Shown here: in pieces, positions 54,254 to 64,000 of the stretch | How positions within the stretch are numbered: the first letter of the stretch is position 1 | How the letters are laid out: every line of letters begins with the position of its first letter | Source of the DNA: Eledone cirrhosa | Lineage: Eukaryota | Direction of reading: 5' to 3' | Length of the DNA: 64,000 bases | NCBI GenBank assembly: GCA_964016885.1 | Contig: OZ024745.1 | Coordinates: 14,570,001-14,634,000 of the forward strand | Translations under genes and position numbers: made by a program | The notes under the pieces: generated by a model | Databases searched by the model: none | Told to the model about the DNA's origin: nothing | The model's input: only the letters and a program-made list of their open reading frames with translations

Positions 54254-54256
<3 letters not shown>
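53116..54256. mobile_element. Large fold-back PLE pLTR insertion in (TA)n
   Basis: Outer arms 53200-53420 and 54037-54256, inner palindrome 53728-53937 centred near 53832, tail 53116-53200. Confidence 0.88.
54144..54214 (+). ncRNA. Minimal type I hammerhead ribozyme
   Basis: Identical to 45606-45676. The reverse copy at 53242-53312 has CUGAUGA but a mutated GAAU box. Confidence 0.8.
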
Positions 54257-54285
<29 letters not shown>

Positions 54286-54654
54286 ATACTATATATATTG
54301 TTATACATATTTATATATTGCTCTCACAGTCTGTAGACAAGGCAACACTCCTTCTACGAGCGGTTTTCAAGTCTAATTTTCAACTTGATATTCTCTCTTC
54401 CCTATCTGCTACGATAAGTATGGGCTCTACGTAACCCTGTTATTGTAATTCTGTCGAAGTTAACTGAAGAGACCATCCTGTCTTGCATCATAATTGCATG
54501 ATGGAGCTGGGCCATTGAAATACATATAGTGATTTCACGGCATTAAAATCTACAACATATCTTCCAGTTGTCGCTTTAAATATATTTGCTTAGAATAAAT
54601 GAATCTTGAATATTAGGAGTGCCGGCATTTGTATCATTCTGTATCACTGAGTAT

Positions 54655-54840
54655 TTTTCTATAAAAATAGTTTTTGTAAAGAATTCCAATTCTTTAAATC
54701 CATCAACCAATGACCTCCACCCATCCCAATCCAACAGAAAATGTATAAATACCACCTTATCACATTGACAGTTGGCTTTCCTGATGATTTCCTTCGAATG
54801 AAACAGTTCTAGTCCTGTAGAAGCCACTTCTATATTAAAT
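54655..54840 (+). mobile_element. Solo pLTR related to 46332-46548, with an intact hammerhead at 54773-54826
   Basis: ccaatgacctccacccatccca, tataaatacca, then tggctttc-CUGAUGA-tttccttcgaat-GAAA-cagttctagtcctg-UA-gaagcca. Confidence 0.8.
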
Positions 54841-54853
54841 ACACACACACACA

Positions 54854-55605
<752 letters not shown>

Positions 55606-55936
55606 GTGTGTGTGTGTGTATGTATGTGTGTGTGTGTGTATGAGTGTGTTTCGTATATGGTCATGTAAAGGTGAAATAGTTAAGACTACTTATTTACGCT
55701 AGAAATATGAGGTGAAATATTAGACGAAAGCCGATATCTGAGGTATTACATTTACACGACCATCTGAAATGTTACTCAAAGAAGCAGGCGTTCCAATGGA
55801 CACTAAATGAAAATCAAACAAAAACGAACACGATGAAATGAATTACAATAATTGTTCTTACATTCCTACACGTCAGAACACTGTTTCTACTACCAAAACA
55901 AATACATAAAGCTCCGTATCTCTTATGAATATCTCG

Positions 55937-56009
55937 ATTTGAGGACATCAGATCTGGAGATTTGAGGACATCAGATCTGGAGATTTGAGGACATCAGATC
56001 TGGAGATTT
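55937..56009. repeat. 22-bp tandem repeat, 3 copies
   Basis: Unit gatttgaggacatcagatctgga (about 22 bp period). Confidence 0.8.
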
Positions 56010-56204
56010 CTGGTGTCCTTCGAATTGAGACACTCTCCCCTTCTCACCACCATCAGCACGGAGTTGGTTATATGCAGGTGTGAACCTTACGAGCTGGAAT
56101 GGCTCTTCCAAGCGTCTCCCTCGCCATCTTCCGGGAAAACGCTTTCTCTATTCTGCCCAGTACACGGGCCCCCATTTGTTTATAATAGTGAGAGCGAGGG
56201 GGGG

Positions 56205-56796
56205 GGGAGACGGAGGTAGTGAGTGAAAGAGAGAGATCGGGAGAGTGAAAGAGACGGAGGTAGTGAGTGAAAGAGAGAGATGGGGGAGAGTTAGAGAGAC
56301 GGAGGTAGTGAGTGAAAGAGAGAGATGGGGAGAGTGAGAGAGACGGAGGCGGTGAGTGAAAGAGAGAGATGGGGGAGAGTGAGAGAGACGGAGGTAGTGA
56401 GTGAAAGAGAGAGATGGGGGAGAGTGAGAGAGACGGAGGTAGTGAGTGAAAGAGAGAGATGGGGGAGAGTGAGAGAGACGGAGGTAGTGAGTGAAAGAGA
56501 GAGATGGGGAGAGTGAGAGAAACGGAGGCGGTGAGTGAAAGAGAGAGATGGGGGAGAGTGAGAGAGACGGAGGTAGTGAGTGAAAGAGAGAGATGGGGAG
56601 AGTGAGAGAAACGGAGGCGGTGAGTGAAAGAGAGAGATGGGGGAGAGTGAGAGAGACGGAGGTAGTGAGTGAAAGAGAGAGATGGGGAGAGTGAGAGAAA
56701 CGGAGGCGGTGAGTGAAAGAGAGAGATGGGGGAGAGTGAGAGAGACGGAGGTAGTGAGTGAAAGAGAGAGATGGGGAGAGTGAGAGAGATGGAGAC
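56205..56796. repeat. GA-rich ~44/45-bp minisatellite, ~13 copies
   Basis: Unit gagagagacggaggtagtgagtgaaagagagagatgggg(g)agagt, with two alternating variants. Confidence 0.92.
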
Positions 56797-56905
56797 AGTG
56801 ATTGTGTATATATGTATATTCCTTCCACCCAATAGTTTTCTCCCCCCCCTCCCCCTTTACATTCATAGATAAGAAAAATAATTTCATAGTGCTATCATTA
56901 TCTAT

Positions 56906-58796
56906 CTGCCTGTCTATCTCTCTATCAGGCTGACTACCTGCCTGTCTATCTCTCTATCAGGCTGACTACCTGCCTGTCTATCTCTCTATCAGGCTGACTA
57001 CCTGCCTGTCTATCTCTCTATCAGGCTGACTATCTGCCTGTCTATCTCTCTATCTGGCTGACTACCTGCCTGTCTATCTCTCTATCAGGCTGACTATCTG
57101 CCTGTCTATCTCTCTATCTGGCTGACTACCTGCCTGTCTATCTCTCTATCAGGCTGACTGCCTGCCTGTCTATCTCTCTATCAGGCTGACTACCTGCCTG
57201 TCCATCTCTCTATCTGGCTGACCACCTGCCTGTCTATCTCTCTATCTGGCTGACTACCTGCCTGTCTATCTCTCTATCTGGCTGACTACCTGCCTGTCTA
57301 TCTCTCTATCTGGCTGACTACCTGCCTGTCTATCTCTCTATCTGGCTGACTACCTGCCTGTCTAACTCTCTATCTGGCTGACTACCTGCCTGTCTATCTC
57401 TCTATCTGGCTGACTACCTGCCTGTCTATCTCTCTATCTGGCTGACTACCTGCCTGTCTATCTCTCTATCAGGCTGACTACCTGCCTGTCTATCTCTCTA
57501 TCAGGCTGACTGCCTGCCTGTCTATCTCTCTATCTGGCTGACTACCTGCCTGTCTATCTCTCTATCAGGCTGACTGCCTGCCTGTCTATCTCTCTATCAG
57601 GCTGACTGCCTGCCTGTCTATCTCTCTATCTGGCTGACTACCTGCCTGTCTATCTCTCTATCTGGCTGACTATCTGCCTGTCTATCTCTCTATCAGGATG
57701 ACTGCCTGCCTGTCTATCTCTCTATCTGGCTGACTGCCTGCCTGTCTATCTCTCTATCTGGCTGACTACCTGCCTGTCTATCTCTCTATCTGGCTGACTA
57801 CCTGCCTGTCTATCTCTCTATCTGGCTGACTACCTGCCTGTCTATCTCTCTATCAGGCTGACTGCCTGCCTGTCTATCTCTCTATCAGGCTGACTACCTG
57901 CCTGTCTATCCCTCTATCAGGCTGACTGCCTGCCTGTCTATCTCTCTATCTGGCTGACTACCTGCCTGTCTATCTCTCTATCTGGCTGACTACCTGCCTG
58001 TCTATCTCTCTATCAGGCTGACTGCCTGCCTGTCTATCTCTCTATCAGGCTGACTACCTGCCTGTCTATCTCTCTATCAGGCTGACTGCCTGCCTGTCTA
58101 TCTCTCTATCAGGCTGACTACCTGCCTGTCTATCTCTCTATCAGGCTGACTACCTGCCTGTCTATCTCTCTATCTGGCTGACTACCTGCCTGTCTATCTC
58201 TCTATCTGGCTGACTACCTGCCTGTCTATCTCTCTATCAGGCTGACTACCTGCCTGTCTATCTCTCTATCTGGCTGACTACCTGCCTGTTTATCTCTCTA
58301 TCTGGCTGACTACTTGCCTGTCTATCTCTCTATCTGGCTGACTACCTGCCTGTTTATCTCTCTATCTGGCTGACTACCTGCCTGTCTATCTCTCTATCTG
58401 GCTGACTACCTGCCTGTTTATCTCTCTATCTGGCTGACTACCTGCCTGTCTATCTCTCTATCTGGCTGACTACCTGCCTGTCTATCTCTCTATCTGGCTG
58501 ACTACCTGCCTGTCCATCTCTCTATCAGGCTGACTACCTACCTGTCTATCTCTCTATCAGGCTGACTACCTGCCTGTCCATCTCTCTATCTGGCTGACTA
58601 CCTGCCTGTCTATCTCTCTATCTGACTGACTACCTGCCTGTCTATCTCTCTATCTGGCTGACTACCTGCCTGTCTATCTCTCTATCTGACTGACTACCTG
58701 CCTGTCTATCTCTCTATCAGGCTGACTGCCTGCCTGTCTATCTCTCTATCTGGCTGACTACCTGCCTGTCTATCTCTCTATCAGGCTGACTGCCTG
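56906..58796. repeat. 32-bp minisatellite, ~59 copies
   Basis: Unit tgcctgtctatctctctatc(a/t)ggctgact(a/g)cc, built from CTGN/CTAT tetramers. Confidence 0.97.
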
Positions 58797-58869
58797 TCAA
58801 CTTGTCTGTCTATTTATCTGTCTTCCTTCCTGCTTGTCTGTCTCCCTATTGGTCTGTTTGCCATCTGTC

Positions 58870-61663
58870 AGCATTAGAGTAGAGTCGATAGCTTTTAGCA
58901 AAGAACTAGCCTTAGAGAAAAACAAGAGAGAAAGAGACCTAGTAGCCAAGGTAGAGGAAGCACTTAGGAGTGGCAACGCAGCTAGAGTTCTAGCAGCGAG
59001 AACGGCACTAAACCAATTCTTCGATGCGAAAGACGAAGGCTGCGTGGTCAAAAGTAGATCACGTGCTCTAGGAAATGAGGGAGCTAAAACTGTTAGCTGG
59101 GCCCGAGTGGCAGAAGCGAAAAGTGGCAACAAGTCCACGATTCGGTCTTTGAAAGACCAAAACGGACGCGTATTACTTGACAAGCGGATATGCACGGCCT
59201 TTCAGAGGCACTTTGCGCAACTGTTCGAGCAGAGCGGCGGTGCGCCGAACGAGGCAATGGACTTCGGTCATACCTCGACAACCTGCGGCGTCTCTCGAGC
59301 ATGGACGCCGAGTTCTGCGAAAGACCGATCACAGCCACTGAGATACGGGACGCTCTGGGCCGCTGCGGGAAACGCAAATCACCCGGTTTAGATGGTCTAC
59401 CCTATGAGTTTTACATAGGCATGCCGGACCTGTTCTTTGGCGTCCTCGAAGCCGTCTACTACAACTGGCAGCAGAACGGGAGAATTCCCAGTTCTGCAGG
59501 CAGGGGCGTAGTAACGCTGATCAGGAAAGACGAGAACAAGAGGGACGAACTAATCAACTTTAAGCCCATAACTCCTAAACACAGAGTTAAAATTTTGGCC
59601 AAGGTGTTAGCAACTAGGCCGGCGCTGTCGTTGAGAACCTGGTGGGAAAAGCTCAAACGTGTGCAATTCCAACCAGGTCCATACACGACAACCTCCACCT
59701 CATGCGATACATCATAAGAGGGTGGGCTTCGGTGAGGCTCTAATCAATGTAGATCATTCTAAGGCGTTCGATAGCGTCGACCATCAATACTTGGAAGCGG
59801 TTCTCAAGGCGGCCGGTTTCGGACCCGTCTTCAGAGGCTGGATCAAAGCAACGCACACCAAAATCTGCTCGACGGCCAAGGTGAACGGCTACCCATCGGA
59901 GCCGTTCGCAATCTCGCGTTCCATTCGACAGGGATGCCCCCTCCCCTCCATTCTGTACGTACTGACTCTAGAGCCACTACTGCGGAGGTTGGAGTTTCTA
60001 CAAGGCATCCCGTTGGAACCGGGACTGCGGAAAGCGGCGTCGGCTTATGCCGACGACGTGACAGTAATGGTGTGGAAAACCTCGGAAATCGGGGCGATCG
60101 GCAACTTACTACAGGAATACGAAAGGCTCACAGGAGCAAAACTGAACCCGGACAAGTCTGTCGGTTTGTAACTCGGAACGTGGAGAGGCAAACCGATGCC
60201 GTCTGACAGCGTCGTCGGACGCTGGACGGAAGGACCGTTGAAATTGCTCGGGGTCTGGTTCGGTCCGGATCTCCAGGTGGAGAAAAACTGGAACGAGGTC
60301 ATGGCCAAGGTATTTGCGCTCACTCAGAAGTGGGCAGAGTGCAAACTATCCTTGAAATGTCGAGCGGAGGTAGCGAACACATTCATAGCGTCCGTCATCT
60401 ACTACCGCTTAACCATCGTGCCGTGTCCCCGTGAATATCTCACCAAGATGGAACGCATGCTCTTCCAGTTCCTTTGGAAGAAGCAGGCTCCACTGGTGAG
60501 GAGATCCGTCTGCTGTCAATACCCTTCCAACGGAGGGCTGGGAATGCCGTGGCCGATGATGCGCAAACACGCGCTGAGGCTACGGCATCTCCAGGTATTA
60601 CTCACCGACCCCCAACCGGTGTGGGCCCCGTTTGTGAGACAGGCTTTCCCGCAGCTCGTCTCGTTGACGGAGCTGCAGTCCTAGGTCAAGAAAAGACCAA
60701 AAACGATTGGCGCCTGGCACATTGAATGCGCTCAGGCGCTCACAGTCCTCACGCAAGCGGGCACAGCAATCAGTGGAGACTCCACTTCGACATTCTATAG
60801 AGGGAGTGTACGTTACAAGGGCGACGACGTGCTTGGAGAGACTCTGGGCGTCAAAGACGATGAGCTCACCATTCTGTTTGGTAGGACTTTCCGCCCGGGA
60901 CCTATGGACAACTTCCAGAGGTCCCTGGCCTGGCAGTGCTACCGAGGAGCTCTACCAGTTCGTGACAAGATCTACAGGCACGGACACCCCGGCAGGGATC
61001 CTTCCAAGAGGACGTGTCCAAGATGCGCGCAGGACATTGAAACCGTCCTGCACGCTATTGTACACTGCCCGGGCGTAACCGACCTGTGGAAGTGTGCAGA
61101 ACAACTGCTGTCGCGTATGGGACAAATCCAGTTGACTGCCGAGTTCATAGTAAGGATCAAACCGCCAGCCTATTTCAAAAATGAAAGAGAGGCGGTTTCC
61201 CTCTGTACAGTGGCTATGGTGAAATAGGTTATATGGTGGACGAGATTGAGAGGACTGAGGACAGATGCCTTTCTCTCCGGACAACAATTGATTCCCTTCT
61301 TTAAGTATCCCTTTAGAAGCAGAATCAGAGTGGAGAGCGAGGCACTGCACCCCAGTAAATTTTCTGAAAGGTGGGTGAATGTGGCAAAAATGGCCCGAGT
61401 GATTGGGCCTTCTCTGTTTATAAGCCTGTAGGATAAAGAAGAGAGCAAAAGAAAGAAAGGAGCACTTGCACAACACGCTCCTGAAGTTGAGGGTTCTTCT
61501 ATCGACGGGGTATTAAACACCCCATTTGTGGCGCTTCCCCTCTATTGGGGATTTCGATTGTTATAATTGTTTGTTTTATATTTTTTACACCATTGTATGT
61601 AAAATCCCCGGCATGTCTTTGTATTGTCCCCTCTTCTTGTGCGCTCCTGTGGCAAATAAGGAA

Positions 61664-61665
<2 letters not shown>
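58870..61665 (+). mobile_element. Tx1/L1-clade LINE ORF2, 5'-truncated and disrupted
   Basis: KSPGLDGLPYEFY, NFKPIT, DHSKAFDSVDH, SIRQGCPL, SAYADD, LLGVWFG, KLSLK, GGLGMP and CCHC motif CPRC...ETVLHAIVHC. 3'UTR ends AATAAGGAA followed by (TATC)n. Confidence 0.92.
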
Positions 61666-61760
<95 letters not shown>

Positions 61761-62210
61761 CCTACCTACCTATCTATCTACCTATCTATCTGTCTATCTG
61801 TTGATAATCTAGCTGTCGTCTGTTCTACAGTGTGGATGTAATTCACTTCGCGCAGAAGTTTTGTTCAAATTTATTGCGGAAATTTTGTAAGTTCAAATTT
61901 AATTTTGATACAATTGTGTAGCTTGACCCCCCGTCTGAACTGTCAGGCGGTGGGTCAGCTCATCTTTACCCCTCCTAGAGGTGAAAAATCTGTTTTAAAA
62001 AATTTTGTGGCAAAAAAATTTCAATCGTCTAACAGAAATGTTAAACGCAGCGAACGAAAATAGTGGTGGGGGGACAGCGGTAAGAGTTGTAAGCTCGCAC
62101 GCTTTAGTCCCCCTTCCTTCCCAACTAACGTCATAGAGAAGGAAGGAAAAATTAAAATAAAAACAAACGAATCTGCGGAGAAAAAAAATGACGAAAACAC
62201 AAATCTGGAC

Positions 62211-63829
62211 ATGGATTCCAACAACGAAAAACAGAAATTTGAAAAATTGCATGACAATACTAATAACACAAACAAAGACACAACAAACACAAAAATAACA
62301 TTTGAAAATAACACCATAACAGAAAGCAAAGCAGACGACAAGATTTCATTTGCACAGACAACAAAGAAATCTTTGACTTATATACCGGAAAATATTTCAG
62401 ATGTGGCACGACGAATCACAGACGCCAAACAATACATAAGTGAAGGAGAGAATGGTATTTTATCGGTAAAAATGCCTCTAGAATTCACCAAAGACATTGA
62501 AAGCCGAACGGTCAAGTTTCGCACCATCAACAACACTACAAAAAAACCTGAACAGCCGTCTCAAGCAGATATCAAAACAGTACTCACAGAAGTACTTAAT
62601 GAAACCACTTTCATAAGAAAAGACAGACTGTATGGAAGCCTAGCAATTATCATGAAGAACGAATCGGCGGCAAAAAAAATGTGCTTTGTCACCGATTCGT
62701 TCGAAAAATTTTACCTTTTATCCATCTTATATGGGTAAAAGAACTCAACGCATATGGCTGGATGCAATGATGCCAGATGTGGACTACTGCTGGCTTCATC
62801 GATCCAGTGAATGACAACGTGATTTCCATTGGGAAAACCACAGGCAATGCGTTCAGTGGAACAGGTATAGAGCTGGTAGTGCAAATGAAGCCTGAACGCA
62901 TCGCCCAAATACCCGACAGAATCCTATTAGAGGGCCACGGGTATATAAACATTAGCGTGGAGGGGAGAAGGCCGTCCTGCCATATCTGTGCAGGCAGAGG
63001 GCACCTGAAGGCCGCTTGTCCCCAACTCAACAAAAAAAAAACCCTGCTACCAACACCAGCTCCACCACCACCACCACAACAGATAAACAAACAACAAAAC
63101 TCAGTCCCACCCAGCCCGTCCCTCAGTAAAACTACACCACCACCACAACACAATCAGTCACAACACATTACCCCAAAACAAAATACAGGCCCACCCAACC
63201 CCTCACTCAATAAAACAACACAACCACCGCAGACACAACACACAACACAGTCTAACATAGTGACATCCATCTCCCCCACAAAGAAAACCAACACGGAAAC
63301 ATTACCAGCAAACATACCTCTTCCCTCCAACACTGAAGATAACCCAACGAATTCGGAGGAAGAAACGGAGTCCTTCAGACAGATTAAAAGGAAAAAAAGA
63401 AAACATGTGCAAAACACACAAGGCCAAACAACCCCCACCCAAATCTCAACACAATCCAACAAAACAGAAAACACCCCTCCAGCAACAAACAAAACCAAAC
63501 CTGCCCCTCCCCTCTTCGAAACACTCACACCATCCGAAAAAAAGACATTACACTATACTTACATCAACAGAAACAATAATAAATTAAATGAGCTCATATA
63601 CAATAATCCTTCGGTACAAACCGAAGGTGTAAACTTTGTTTCTTCAGAAAACTACCCACATTTAAAATTAATAAAGATCCCAATGAACCTCTACCAAAAA
63701 CTAAAAAAGGATTTTAAGGAGGACGTAGGACCACCCTCTGTCAAACCCATAAACCGCGTCCTACTAAAAAGCTTTCCCCCTTCCCCTCCCCAACACAACT
63801 CCAAACACCCCAACCCCACCACACACTGA
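62211..63829 (+). pseudogene. LINE ORF1 gag-like protein with a CCHC knuckle (frameshift near poly-A at about 62672)
   Basis: SFAQ motif, IPDRILLEGHGYINISVEGRRPSCHICAGRGHLKAACP, and a basic patch FRQIKRKKRK. Confidence 0.75.
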
Positions 63830-63953
63830 CGACCCCACACCACCACAAGACACCCCTTCACCCAACACCCCCGACCCCATGGAAGTCGTGCAACCCGAAC
63901 CCCGGGAAGCGGAAAGGTAGGTCTCTACACTCTCCTTTGGTTCTGCCGCCCAC

Positions 63954-64000
63954 ATGGATGTGTTAAGAGTAGGATGTTTGAATGCACGTGGCCTGGGCTC
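63954..64000 (+). CDS. N-terminus of LINE ORF2 AP-endonuclease (runs off the window)
   Basis: ATG 63954 gives MDVLRVGCLNARGLG, the APE motif I ('N-x-R-G-L'). Confidence 0.8.
   Translation, partial: MDVLRVGCLNARGLG

Larger units (their letters stand above)
61830..64000 (+). mobile_element. 5' part of a second Tx1/L1-clade LINE (5'UTR, ORF1, start of ORF2)
   Basis: ORF1 is split across 62211-62738 and 62777-63829, with the zinc knuckle CHICAGRGHLKAAC and a Pro/Thr-rich tail. ORF2 starts at 63954. Confidence 0.85.

Overview
AT-rich, microsatellite-dense eukaryotic non-coding DNA. I could not identify a host gene exon. The SINE and LINE content resembles a cephalopod (octopus-like) genome, which is an inference. 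The window is a mosaic of transposon remains: Helitron helicase fragments, many tRNA-derived SINEs, mariner-type MITEs, RTE LINEs and short 5'+3' ('bipartite') RTE derivatives, R4/Dong-like restriction-endonuclease LINEs sitting in (CATA)n, two tandem Tx1/L1-like LINEs separated by (TATC)n, and several minisatellites. The most notable signal is a set of about 9 fold-back (inverted-repeat) insertions of about 0.15-3.6 kb, nearly all inside (TA)n tracts. The largest is a 5'-truncated Naiad-type Penelope-like element (RT + GIY-YIG). Most of these fold-backs carry minimal type I hammerhead ribozyme motifs, from about 6 sequence-unrelated families. Most are asymmetric, with one arm carrying an extra 35-90 nt tail. 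In 7 families that tail starts with the same bulged hairpin (outer stem, inner stem, 2-nt 3' bulge) with compensatory base changes, and the other arm stops just before it. Most ORFs in the supplied track are microsatellite translation artefacts.
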